64,000 nucleotides of DNA from Octopus sinensis (lineage: Eukaryota). The stretch lies in contig NC_042999.1 in the NCBI RefSeq assembly GCF_006345805.1, positions 56,792,001-56,856,000 on the forward strand, written 5' to 3'. Of the stretch, positions 38,158-48,454 are shown piece by piece (position 1 is the first letter of the stretch; the number at the start of each line of letters is the position of its first letter). Position numbers and translations under genes: made by a program. Below the pieces are notes generated by a model that was not told the DNA's origin, searched no databases, and was given only the letters and a program-made list of their open reading frames with translations.

Positions 38158-41100
38158 CTAGTTGTTGAGGGAACCTGTGGAAGAGGTAGACCAAGGAAGA
38201 CCAGGGATGAGGTGGTCAAGCATGACCTTCGAACATTGGACCTCACTGATGCAATGACTAGTGACCAGGACCTTTGGAAATATGTTGTGCTTGAGAAGAC
38301 TCGGCAAGCCAAGTGAGACCATAACCTCGTGGCCTATGCCAGGGGTGTAACCAGCCCACTTGTGCATACCTTTTCCTTCTTTGGACACTAAACTCTGCTT
38401 GCAAAGACCTGTTGAGGTAAGTGAAATCGAAATCAAATTCAATGACTGGCATCCATGTTAGTGGAGCGCTAAGAATACAATCTGAGCGTGATCGTTGCCA
38501 GAGCAACAAACTGGCTTCCGTGCCAGTGACATGTAAAAAGCACCATTCGAGTGTGATCGTTACCCGCGTCGCCTTACTGGCACTTGTGCTGGTGGCATGC
38601 AAAAAAACATTCAAGCAAGGTTGTTGCCAGTGCCGCTGGACTGGCTCCTGTGCAGGTGGCACATAAAAAGCACCATTGAGCGTGGTCGTTGCCAGTGGCA
38701 CGTAAAAGCACCCACTACACTCTTGGAGAGGTTGGCGTTAAGGGCACCCAGCTGTAGAAACTCTGCAGGATCAGATTGGAGCCTGGTGCAGCCATCTGGT
38801 TCGTCAGACCTCAGTCAAATTGTCCAACCCAGCTATCCCTAGTTTCCAAACTGACCATCAGATAAGGAATTGGGGGACCCTGTCAAAGGCTTTCTCCATG
38901 TCAACGAAAGCTAGGTACAGAGGTTTATCTTTGGCTAGGTATTTCTCCTGCAGCTGTCTTACCAGAAATATAGCATCAGTAGTGATTTTCCCTGGCACAA
39001 ACCCAAACTGCATCTCGTCTAAACTGACTCTCTCCCTAATTAGTTGGGCTATGACCCTCTCCAGGACTTTCATTACCTGATCCAACAATCTGATATCACT
39101 GTAATTATTTGTATCTAATGCATCACCTTTACCTTTGTAGCAGTTGACTGTGGTGATGCTACACCAGCCATTGGGTATGATTTCTTCATGCATCACCTGA
39201 TTGACTATATAGGTGACTAGACTGTAGCCGACACCGCCAGATATCTTAAGCATTTCTGCGGTGATTCCTGATGAGCTGGGGGCTTTCCCTGTCTTCATAC
39301 CCTAAATTGATTTATCTACCAAGGTACTGTCAATTCAGATAGCTGGTCCCTCTGTTGGCTCAACATTTAGCAACCTTTCATAGTGGTGTCTCCAAGTCTC
39401 TCTCCTTGCAGCCTCATTAAATGCAAGTGAGCTGTCATCCATGCAGACACATTTCTCTCCTATGACATCATGATTCTCTCTCACACTGTCTTGCAACAAG
39501 AACCAGCTCAAGTCTTTGGTCCTCACCACACAGAACATTTGCAAACTTTTTCTTATCTGCTTCCCCTCTGGCTAAGTAAACCTGTCACATAGTTTTCCTT
39601 CTGGCAATCTGATACAATTCTCTCCTCCCGCCATTCTTCCAGTCCTCCCAAGCTGGTTTCTTTTCCCTAATGGACCTGTCAATTACACTGTTCCACCACC
39701 ATGTTACCTTGGGTTGAGAGGGGACTTTGCACCATCTACAGATCTGGTCAGTAGCACTCAACAGGTTCTCCTGTACAAACCTCCAGTTGTCTTCCACATC
39801 ATATCTCCCTGTATTTTGTCAAAAGCTTTGAGTAATACATTTCTAAATCTCTGTCCATTTGCAGGATCCTTAAGCTTCTAAACCCTTCTTCTCCATGTTG
39901 GTCGTCTTCTGGGCATCCATTTAGCCCTGATCCTGAAGTTGCTAACTACTAATCCATGTTGTGGGGTGCATTCTTCACCTGGGAAGGTTTTGGCATTTAT
40001 AAGTAGACATCTTTCCCGTTTCCTGGTGAGGATGTAATCAATTTGACTAGTGTGTCTACTAGATCGGTAGGTGAATAGGTGGCTGGCAGGTTTCCTGAAG
40101 TTAGTATTAAAAACCATAAGATCACTTGCACCACAGAATCCAACAGCCTGGTTCCCTCCCCATTGCAGGAACCAAAACTATAGCCTCCATGTATGCCATG
40201 ATAGACTACTGCATGTTGTCTAACATGCCCATTGAAGTCGCCAGCTACAAAGCGAAGGTCCCTGTCATTCGTCGTCGAGGTAATCTGCAAGAGGGTGTCA
40301 TAAAATCAGTCTTTCTGTTCATCAGGTAGCCTCAGCTGAGGGGCATAGGACGAGATAATGATTGCTAAACCATGTTGCAGCACTAATCTAATCTGAAGTA
40401 TTTTATCACAGATTCTGACAAGAAACTTATTTAATTACAAATAAAGTATGAATTAATATCAAAGTTTACAGCATGAAATTACTCTTGCACAGTTTGAGAA
40501 GCATATAATTACTGACATGTTCAAGGAGCCTGTGGCTCCTTGCTTTCTCAGTTTGGTGTAAGATATAGCAGTTAAAATGACAAAAAATATCAAAAATGAT
40601 TTACTTTGATTAAGTTTAACAGACTGAGCTCTGTAATCCTCAATTTCTAAATCCTTTTTGGAAATAATATGAATAAGTTCTCTCTGGCGACGATTCAACT
40701 CGGACACCATCATTAAAAGTGGAATAGTCATGTTCTCAGAGACCTGATGACAAAGGAAAAATAGAAAGAAAACTAAAATAACAATATAGTTGAAAAATTC
40801 TAAAATCAAAATTATTTTATATACTTTCAGAATATTTTTCATCACAAATATATAAGAAGGCTTAGAAGCAGACTTAGACTAAAATACACACAAGAAAGTC
40901 TGCAGTTCTGATAAATGAATTCTTTATTAACTCATCCAAGAAAAATAAATAAATAAATAACTGTAACAAAGAAAATTGATAAAAATTACCATTTCTTCAT
41001 GTGCTGGTTCTCCAACCAATTGCCAGGTGAAAGGGAACCTAGAAAGTTTGGAATTAATCCATATATGCATAGTTCCTTTGTCATCTTTGGAAATTCTCAA

Positions 41101-44100
41101 ATTGTCAGACGGATTTTTATCAATATTCAGTTTAATATGCTCAAGAATTTTAGAAATTGGAGCTTCTAGATTGGGATTAAGTTCCTAAAACAAAGTAAAA
41201 TAAATTAGAAATTATAGCATCATTTTATAATAAATAAAACTGAGATAAAATTATAGCTGCATCAATAAATCAGAGTGAAGCATGAATTTATATTAAAGTT
41301 CCTAGGCATGTTTCACCATTATGGTTGTTTGGAGCCCTGCAATAGAATGAAACATACTAAGAATACATGGTTAATAAGTTCAGTTTGAATCTCTATGGAA
41401 ACCTTTTCTTACAACAGTCATCTAAATTTCTCAGTCAATAAAAAAACAAAAAAAAAGCGAAACAGCCAACTGTGAAGATAATTCTTTCTGCTTTTATTTT
41501 TTTATATTCTTTTATTTGTTCCAGCCACTTGATTGTGGCCATGCTGGAGCAATACCTTTGGTCAAACAAATCAACCCCAGAACTTATTCTTTGTAAGCCT
41601 AGTACTTATTCTACCAGTTTCTTTGCCGAACCGCTAAGTTCCGGGGATGAAAACACACCAGCATCAGTTGTCAAGTGATGGTGGGGGGGGGGACAAACAC
41701 AGATACACAAACAAATACACACAAACACACACATATATACGACGGGCTTCTTTCAGTTTCCGTCTACCAAATCCACTCACAAGGCTTTGGTCGGCCCGAG
41801 GCTATAGTAGAAGACACTTGCCCAAGGTGCCACGCAGTGGGACTGAACCCAGAACCATGTGGTTGGTAAGCAAGCTACATACCACACAGCCACGCCTGCA
41901 GTACTTCTTTCGAGTAACCCATCATTGCTTGCTCCACTTTTCTCCTATGGAACCAGAGTTATCATGAAGTCTGTCATTTGAATGCTGATTTATGATGTGA
42001 TGGATATTTACTTCCATTGATCTATAAGTATTTCTTCATTCAGTTATTCACTTAACATTCAATTTTTTTTTTAACTCATGGATTAGATGGTGAGTTATTA
42101 GGGGCAAGATTTTATAGCCTAATGCACTTTTCAAATAAAAGGGTTTTTTTCTATTAGCACTCTTTTAAAGAGCAGAACAATAGGTCATAATGTCGACATC
42201 ATAATTTCACTTGAGTGGCAACAAGAATGGAATATCAACAATATTAACAATGCGCACGCGCGCGCACACACACACGTCTATAGGGTGTCCATAAATTGTG
42301 TTTACAACTTCCACAATTTATCATCAAGCTATGTTGCGTACAACCACTGGAGTTGTTTTGTGTGCCTGTGCTTTTTACATGGCACCAGCACAGGTAAAAA
42401 AAGATTCAATATAAAATGTATCAGTCACTGTCTGCATTAGAATAACCTGTTACTGCTGCTAGTTAAAATTGTGAAAAAAATAATATAAATACACTGTAGA
42501 TCAGCTGCAACAGTGGCTAGATCTCTTGACCCACACTGTACTTTATAAGCAACTTGCTGACACTCTCACACTGTACCTTGTATCTACAAAAACTACAATG
42601 GTGGGTGCAGTATATTTCTACATATAAATGAAGTATATTCTCCTGCATGTTATTGTTGTTTAGCCTATTCTGTCACGGCCATCACATTCATTTAATGTAT
42701 GTCAAGGAATACATTTCTCACTGAGTTGTACGTTTATTTATGATGGCAGTAGCTGCTGCTTTTCGCAGGTTGAGCAACCCTATAAAAGTTGGTTTGTGTC
42801 CCTTGCATGTTATATCTGTAGGCTCCTGCTCATAAATCAGTCAAAAGTTTCTATGCTGTTGATGTCACTGCTTGATGGAAGCTACACAGTAATTAGTTCA
42901 GATTAAGCATGACTGTTTGGTTAGGTGTGTTTCACATCCACGGGCTGTGGATTCAATTCCATTACATAACACTTATTATAGCCTTGGGTTGACAAATTAA
43001 TTGTGGGTAGAACAGAGTAGATGTAAACTGTAGATGGAAGCTCATCCGGGGGATTGTTTCTTTTCATAGGTGGTAAATGTCGTCTATCATTCAGTTTAAC
43101 ATCCCCATTTGGCCCCTGATTGCCTTTAGTGGAGTCTATTCTGTTACAAGTATTCAAGCTAGCTTTCTGCTCTGTGCATAACTTCCTGCCACCATTCAGA
43201 GAACCTGAAAAAAGGTCAAGATCACTACTCTAGGTATAGGCATGTGGTTAAAAAGTTTGCCAAGCAACCATATAGTTTTGGGTTCAGTCCCATTGCATTC
43301 TACTTTGGATAAGTGTCTGCTATTATAACATTGGGATGATTGTGAATTTGATGGATGGAAACTGCAGGAAGCCTTTGTGTGTGTGTGTAGAATATCCATA
43401 GATTACCATTACAATTTCAAAAATTCAGAGAAATAAGAAAAGTAAGGATAACTTAGAGTTTATTGCAAAACACAGGCACACAAAACAACTTTTATTAGAA
43501 AAATCAGAATATTTCCATGTAAGCTCCAGTGGTTGTGTGCAACATAGCTTGATGATAAATTGTGGAAGTTGTAAACACAATTTATGGACACCCTATAGAC
43601 GTGTGTGTGTGTGTGCGCGTGTGCATTGTTAATATTGTTGATATTCCATTCTTGTTGCCACTCAAGTGAAATTATGATGTCGACATTATGACCTATTGTT
43701 CTGCTCTTTAAAAGAGTGCTAATAGAAAAAAACCCTTTTATTTGAAAAACAGGTGAGGGCTGATGACAAGAAGTGCATTAGGCTATAAAATCTTGCCCCT
43801 AATAACTCACCATCTAATCCATGGGGTAAAAAAAAATTGAATGTTAAGTGAATAACTGAATGAAGAAATACTTATAGATCAATGGAAGTAAATATCCATC
43901 ACATCATAAATCAGCATTCAGATGACAGACTTCATGATAACTCTGGTTCCATAGGAGAAAAGTGGAGCAAGCAATGATGAGCTACTCGAAAGAAGTACTG
44001 CATTTTATATTGAATCTTTATTTACCTGTGCTGGTGCCATGTAAAAAGCACTCAGCACACTCTGTAAAATGGTTGGCATTAGGAAGGGCATCCAGCAATA

Positions 44101-44768
44101 AAGATCATGCCAAAACAGATAATGGGAGACTGGTGCATGCCTTTGGCTTGCTAGCTCCTCCAGTCAAACCATCCAACCGATGCCAGCATGGAAAACGGAT
44201 GTTAAATGATGATAATGATGGTCAAAGGGCTGGGATTATAGAATTAGTAGAGTGCATTAGTACTTTAAGCTCTGAAATCACATTCCACTAGGGTTGACTA
44301 TCTTTTATCCTTGTAAGTTCAGTAGATTAAATATCAACTGACTGGGATTATTGGATTTACTACAAAAATGGCTGTTTGCATTACAACCATGTATTTCTCA
44401 GTTTGCTCTCACCATACAACACAGTCTTCTACTATAACCTTGTGCTGACCAATATTTTGTGTGTAAATTCTCTGCTCTTTACTTTCTGAGTTCAAAATCC
44501 ACTGAAGTTAACTTTATCACCACCCGACACTTGAGGGTCGATAAAATAAAGTATCAGTTGAGTACTAAAATTGATTCCTCTTTCATTTTCTCTCTATGAA
44601 TTAGCTATCTCCAACTAGTTATTGTCATTCAAACAAAGATGCTAGCTAGTCCCAAAAGAGGATTAAGCTACGGATCAGCAACCTGTTATTACAGTAATAA
44701 ACCAAAGGAAACATTTGCAGCCCCGAGGCAGAAATGGTGGCTGTGGATGGACAAAAGGTGTGTGTATG

Positions 44769-44835
<67 letters not shown>

Positions 44836-46077
44836 CAATAATTAAGGGTTTAGCAACAAGTTGCTTCACCACATACCGAAAATTTAGAAATAGTAGCCAA
44901 AAGACTTATTTCTTTTCACTACTTTTGTAGTGAAAAGAAATTTCTAAATTTTCAGTATGTGGTGAAGCAACTTGTTGCTAAACCCTTAATTATTGGTATA
45001 ATTATATATAAAAAACTTCTTGTATAAGTTTTTACCGAATATGGTTCTTTTCCATACTGAAACTACTTGGTAAAATTTATTAATTAATTTTTTACCCTAT
45101 ATATATATATATACATATATATATACATGGGGGTGAGTCAAAAGTAGTGCTCAATTCCTGTTTTAGGGTTAATATGTATAACTTCCCAATTGGGAGATAA
45201 TTTTGACTCTTAATTCTTGTTTTATGGGTTGGGATATCAAAGAGTATTAACAACATGATCCAAATTTAGTAACTTTCAAAACTGTCAGTAAAAACCTGCA
45301 GAGCAACAGAGAAAGGCATGACTTCTCAGAGACCAGGTGCTACTTTTGACTCACCCTGTATATGAAGTAAAACCAGTAAATTAAACACAAATACTTAGTA
45401 GTATTCATATCCAAACTAGCTATCTATTTTTAAGGGCCACTTTGCTAGTCATTCTTATGGTGTTGATAAAGTACCAAAATATTGGGGATCAATATTATCA
45501 ACTAAAGGAGTAATCGAATACTTGTTCCTGATAAATTTGTGATTGTGGCTCTACATAGTCACTTGACTAGCTAAGCATGGCAACCAAATCTCTTAAATTA
45601 CACATTACTGTCTTGAAAAGAGAGGGTCTTACTGTGTCATGCAGTCTAGATACTGGAGGGAAATATGGAATGGTCATAGATCTCAGTCAGTGTTGACTTG
45701 GATCTAAACAACCATTAGGTCTTGCATCTCATTTATGTAACTCTGGCAATTTGAAATAGTTTCTGTGAGTTTAGGTAGAAACAAAACAAAAGGTTCCAAA
45801 TGTATTATAAGTCTAGAGGGACTGGACATGTGTTGTTGTGTCGAGTATACCAGACAAGTTACTCCTTTCAGTCTTCTATTAGAATTCTGTTCACTTTTAT
45901 GATGCAACATAAGAATATGTATGGCATTCCTTCGGTATTAGTCTACAGAGTGTCGGTGTAAGGAGATGACGTCATTCACTCCCTTTTTCAGTTTAGCCTC
46001 TTTATCTATGTCACGAGGGGAGGTTTATGGGTGAATTAAGTTCTGTAACATTATTAAAGGATTACACACACACACAC

Positions 46078-46117
<40 letters not shown>

Positions 46118-47828
46118 ACCCCTTAAGGTGGCGAGCAGGCAGAATCATTAGCAAGTCAGGCAATAGCAACATTTCGTCCGTCTTTATGCTCTGAGTTCAA
46201 ATTCTGGCAAGGACGACTTTGCTTTTCATCCCTTTCAATAACATTAGCACCAGCTGAGCACTGGGGTCGATGTAATCGGTTTACATCCTTCCCCCAAATT
46301 GCTGGCCTTGTACCAGAATTTGAAACCAATTCATAAATGGATCCTGGAAGGATGAAAGGCAAACTTGGATTCCCGAACAGGCAAGGTTTGAACCTCTGAT
46401 CGCAAAGGGCAATAACTAAATAATGCTACGTATTTTGTTCGACACTGACGATTCTGCCAAAGCACAAAATATTCATGGCTATTCGAAATAAACTCTGAAA
46501 CGACGATTACGAAAATAGTCAGAGCAATATGACAATAAACTGGGTATTCCGTTATATTGAATAAATATAATGATGGCCATTACTAAAATGTGACGTCCGT
46601 TAGTTTTATCTCACGAAGAACACTTCCCCCAAAATTTGGAAACTTTCAATTGGTCCAACGACCCTATATCTTAGAAAAAATCGCATTTTGGCCGTTAACT
46701 CCGTATTATTCCTTGTGTCAATGTTAGAAAATCAATATAAACGTAGAATAAGATTGGTGACTAAGTAATTTCCTGCTGAAAGCGGCGTGATAAAATAAGG
46801 TAGAACTACTTGAAGAAGAAGATATATATATACCGTAAATGGTCCTTTTACATACTGAACACAGCTTGGTAAAATTATTAATTACTAATTAATTAATTTT
46901 ACCCTTATTATTATTGACTATATATATATACATATAATGGAGAAATTGTACAAAATGTATCAACAGATGATGAGTAAAGCGCCGGCAGTTTCGATTACCT
47001 GTTGTTATCCGTAGATTTATTGCAGGAACTTCGTAGTGGCGGTTAGGATAACAGTATTAATAAAGTTGGAGGTGGAATTTGTAATAGACTTCATTGGGTA
47101 CAACACATGTTTCGACCCACATGTATTGTACCCACTAAAGTCTATTACATATTGCATCTCCTATTTTATTAATACTGTTATACATATATATATATATAAC
47201 AATTGTCGACCATTCAGTCTTTATACATCTCTATGTAAGTATTACAACGTTATTTCGTTTTGGGATTTGGTTTGCAAGATTCTTTATATGAGTTCGTGTG
47301 TTGAAGCATATTCTGTTGTGTCTGGGGAGTCATTTTCTTTTTGTGCCTTACAATGTAACACACTCACCGGTAAAATTTCCACTTATTTTTATTTTCCTAA
47401 AATTTTCGTTGCGTCGACTCTTCAAAAAGGTTGCAAGACGCAACAAAAATTTTAGGAGAATAAAAATAAGAAATAAGTGGAAATTTTGCCAGTGGGTGTG
47501 TTACATTATAAGGCACAAAAAGAAAATGACTCTCCCCAGACACAAAACAGAATATTACAACGTTGTTTCTTGGCAATATATAAATATAAACAAACAAGAG
47601 ATTAAGTAAATATCTGCAGAATATCTTTACCTGTAAACGTTGGCAACATTCTCTTTCTGTTAATGATTCGCACCAATAATTAGTGAGGTCTGTAATCATG
47701 CATTCGTAACAATTCTCTCCGAAGCGAGTTTTAATCAAGTAGACATACTCGTCAGCTTGCAGGATACGCCAGGGACAACATTTCAAATCCGGTTTCCATA
47801 AACTTCGCCATTTCGTCTCTAGATCCAT
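7148..47828 (-). CDS. NHEJ1: Non-homologous end-joining factor 1 (XLF/Cernunnos), whole spliced gene, 7 coding exons, 323 aa (305 aa with the alternative exon-6 donor)
   Basis: Hand-spliced translation aligns with human XLF as recalled: CPWRILQ ~ QPWAWLQ, ELNPNLEAP ~ ELNKRLTAP, SKLSRFPFTW ~ SELSGLPFYW, VSENMTIPL...KKDLEIEDY ~ VSQHLIRPL...MKDLEIQDY. Intron phases 0,0,1,0,1,0 are mutually consistent. Confidence 0.92.
7470..7713 (-). mobile_element. B-related SINE, head truncated
   Basis: Matches 23490-23730. Confidence 0.75.
8377..8570. mobile_element. piggyBac-like MITE with TTAA TSD
   Basis: ttaa|CCCTT...AAGGG|ttaa; a related copy lies at 22635-22855 in opposite orientation. Confidence 0.7.
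8592..8990 (+). mobile_element. SINE family A
   Basis: Same consensus. Confidence 0.85.
9019..9182 (-). CDS. NHEJ1: NHEJ1 coding exon 6 (GDTSDDNESS...AGGPSW...TEILEK); donor at 9019 (GC) or 9073 (GT)
   Basis: Acceptor tttattttcag|GT in phase 1; open frame; two phase-0 donors, AAG|GCATGT and GAG|GTAGAA; low-complexity tail composition. Confidence 0.72.
9754..10432. mobile_element. piggyBac-like MITE containing a nested TA-flanked MITE (9824-10278)
   Basis: Outer element starts ttaaCCCTTTC. Inner terminal inverted repeats: ta-CTATAAATCCTCGAGTATAATCCGC / GCGGACTATACTCGAGGATTTATGG-ta. Confidence 0.65.
10838..11210 (+). mobile_element. CORE/MIR-like SINE fragments (aaggtggcgagctggcagaa...ttgcctttcatcc)
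   Basis: Same motif also at about 3160-3340, 20755-21190, 30160-30370, 46125-46330 and 48270-48450. Confidence 0.6.
12010..12290 (+). mobile_element. Old RTE RT C-terminal fragment
   Basis: KFRKMLLLLTT...GRLHEAC...EDLRRLERN resembles KFRELLPLLVTK...GRL(Y)DAC...EDMRKLARN. Confidence 0.65.
12634..13006 (+). mobile_element. SINE family A
   Basis: Same consensus. Confidence 0.85.
13672..14060 (-). mobile_element. SINE family A
   Basis: Same consensus, reversed. Confidence 0.85.
14450..14840 (-). mobile_element. SINE family A
   Basis: Same consensus, reversed. Confidence 0.85.
15064..15348 (+). mobile_element. tRNA-derived SINE family B
   Basis: Head ggaggcacatggcctagtggttagagcagcagactcgc...ggttcgaatc with A- and B-box-like motifs. 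Confidence 0.8.
15533..15935 (+). mobile_element. SINE family A (older, diverged)
   Basis: Same consensus with more substitutions. Confidence 0.75.
16462..16804 (-). mobile_element. SINE family A, split by the 16805-18102 insertion (rest of head at 18103-18136)
   Basis: Head sequence resumes exactly after the TSD. Confidence 0.8.
16805..18102 (-). mobile_element. 5'-truncated non-LTR element with only a gag-like ORF1 (zinc knuckle) and a 3' UTR; 10-bp TSD
   Basis: CAAGCTTCTT at 16795-16804 and 18103-18112; CHLCLEPGYIKKNC knuckle; GC-rich; splits a SINE head. Confidence 0.75.
18546..19097. repeat. Dispersed ~550-bp repeat family D, with (AAT)n at its left end
   Basis: Second copy at 28151-28715. 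Confidence 0.8.
22635..22855. mobile_element. piggyBac-like MITE with TTAA TSD
   Basis: ttaa|CCCTTTAGCA...TGCTAAAGGA|ttaa. Confidence 0.7.
23490..23782 (-). mobile_element. tRNA-derived SINE (B-related) flanked by 114-bp direct repeats
   Basis: Reverse complement of a tRNA-like head at 23705-23782; related copy at 7470-7713. Confidence 0.8.
23808..24565 (-). CDS. Terminal exon encoding six zinc fingers (4 C2H2 + 2 C2HC), phase-1 acceptor, inside NHEJ1 intron 5
   Basis: Uninterrupted 758-nt frame with six C-x2-C-x12-H-x3/4-(H/C) motifs. Acceptor catttccacttccag|AA. In-frame TAG about 60 nt upstream of the acceptor, and no ATG until inside finger 1. Confidence 0.88.
25743..26130 (+). mobile_element. 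SINE family A
   Basis: Same consensus. Confidence 0.85.
26786..27130. mobile_element. MITE with imperfect ~110-bp terminal inverted repeats
   Basis: ctggtctactgactgatctgata...gagtaagcaaggca is the reverse complement of tgcctcgcttac...cagtcagtagacctg, with mismatches. Confidence 0.6.
27130..27760 (-). mobile_element. Degenerate RTE reverse-transcriptase fragment
   Basis: Reverse complement resembles 32500-33150 (KYLAKNKPL, YADDLA). Confidence 0.8.
28151..28715. repeat. Dispersed repeat family D
   Basis: Aligns with 18546-19097. Confidence 0.8.
30375..30610 (+). mobile_element. 3' end of another RTE-like LINE
   Basis: LHLPPDHPVRALL...GRPRTRWVDMIGEDL motif. Confidence 0.6.
31355..34528 (+). 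mobile_element. RTE-clade LINE, 5'-truncated and degenerate: AP endonuclease, reverse transcriptase, 3' UTR with (GAT)n tail
   Basis: Motifs GDFNGHVG, SQIDYIL, YLAFVDM, QGSVLSPLLF, LYADDLAL, GRGRPRKTW; several stops and frameshifts (about 32497, 32795, 33563, 33670). Confidence 0.93.
35355..35475 (-). CDS. NHEJ1: NHEJ1 coding exon 5 (EFEDNVKLLG...SKADP)
   Basis: Acceptor tgtag|GAA; donor CCAG|GTAGTT; 121 nt, phase 0 to 1; contains GQDLYRQIM, similar to XLF LQDLYMAVT. Confidence 0.82.
35860..36550 (-). mobile_element. Degenerate Penelope-like element remnant (RT thumb and GIY-YIG C-terminus)
   Basis: Broken frames give YVCTRFSHEYYI (GIY-YIG-like) and LQIKEAILIKRHK (typical Penelope endonuclease end). 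Confidence 0.5.
37855..37916 (-). CDS. NHEJ1: NHEJ1 coding exon 4 (KQLATVYFDETSFGNNMVLSK)
   Basis: Acceptor atcatttcag|AG; donor AAG|GTGAGT; 62 nt, phase 1 to 0; resembles human DRLKTEPFEENSF. Confidence 0.85.
38158..38832 (+). mobile_element. RTE LINE 3' fragment (RT C-terminus and 3' UTR)
   Basis: Closely matches 33800-34490 (VEGTCGRGRPRKT...LEKTRQAK* plus UTR). Confidence 0.88.
38832..40400 (-). mobile_element. RTE LINE fragment (endonuclease and N-terminal half of RT), same family, degenerate
   Basis: GDFNGHV, SQIDYIL, MKTGKAP, YLAFVDMEKAFDRVP on the minus strand. Confidence 0.9.
40605..40743 (-). CDS. NHEJ1: NHEJ1 coding exon 3 (VSENMTIPL...KLNQ, coiled coil)
   Basis: Acceptor tcatcag|GTC; donor CAAA|GTAAAT; 139 nt, phase 0 to 1; contains KKDLEIEDY motif. 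Confidence 0.93.
40990..41184 (-). CDS. NHEJ1: NHEJ1 coding exon 2 (ELNPNLEAP...PAHEEM, 65 codons)
   Basis: Acceptor ttttactttgttttag|GAA; donor ATG|GTAATT; 195 nt open frame. Confidence 0.92.
41505..41899 (-). mobile_element. SINE family A
   Basis: Same consensus, reversed; head end abuts the inverted duplication. Confidence 0.85.
44773..44830. repeat. (TA)n microsatellite
   Basis: Direct read. Confidence 0.95.
45126..45358. mobile_element. Tc1/mariner-like MITE with TA TSD
   Basis: Terminal inverted repeats gggtgagtcaaaagtag / ctacttttgactcaccc, flanked by TA. Confidence 0.7.
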
Positions 47829-48200
47829 TTGGGAACTAGTAGTATACAAAGCTTTCTTTCGTTTTATTGAGCTACTAATTCCTGCGAGAAAGCAAATATT
47901 CAACGAAGAACCTTCCCCCAAAATCTGTAAACAATCACAAACGACGACTGAACCGTATTAAAATTGATTTTTCATTAATAAACTCTATTATATTTCTCTT
48001 AGAGTTATCGAACTTGTACGCTACTTGTGATGACGTTTATGTCGTTTCTCGTGACGTCATAACAAAGTATTTTCACAAAGTGTTAACATTTATCAATTTC
48101 AAAATTCCAAATCGAGGAATTCTTGAAACGGTGATTCTCACTCATAATAAACAAGTTTGCATTGTTTTTCCCGCAGAATATGTTTACAATTTATTACAAT
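46430..48200. promoter_or_regulatory. CpG-enriched region around NHEJ1 exon 1 (probable promoter), with CRE-like TGACGTCA at 48052-48059
   Basis: Non-repeat sequence with visibly more CpG than the flanks; TGACGT also at 48031 and 46591; spans the start codon. Confidence 0.5.
47631..47828 (-). CDS. NHEJ1: NHEJ1 coding exon 1 (MDLETKW...CCQRLQ, 66 codons)
   Basis: ATG at 47828; donor CAG|GTAAAG, phase 0; XLF head-domain N-terminus. Confidence 0.9.
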
Positions 48201-48454
48201 TTTAAAATGAATTTGTGACATCTACTTAGCTTATTCAACTAAACTGATATTTAAACAAAATTGTTACTGCACCAGACAACATGCTATGTGGCATATTGTC
48301 CATTTTTGTGTTCTGAGATCAAATTCCGCTAAGCTTGACTTTACTTTTCATCCTTTCAGGGTCGATAAAATAAGTTCTAGCTTAGTTCTGGGGTCAATGT
48401 AATCAACTAGCCCCCTATCCCCAAAATTCAGGCCTTATGCTTATAGTACAAGGG

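Noticed and set aside
47397-47921. 174-aa ORF from the supplied track as a single-exon gene
   Set aside because: It starts at a non-ATG codon and runs past the donor at 47631; only 47828-47631 matches XLF.
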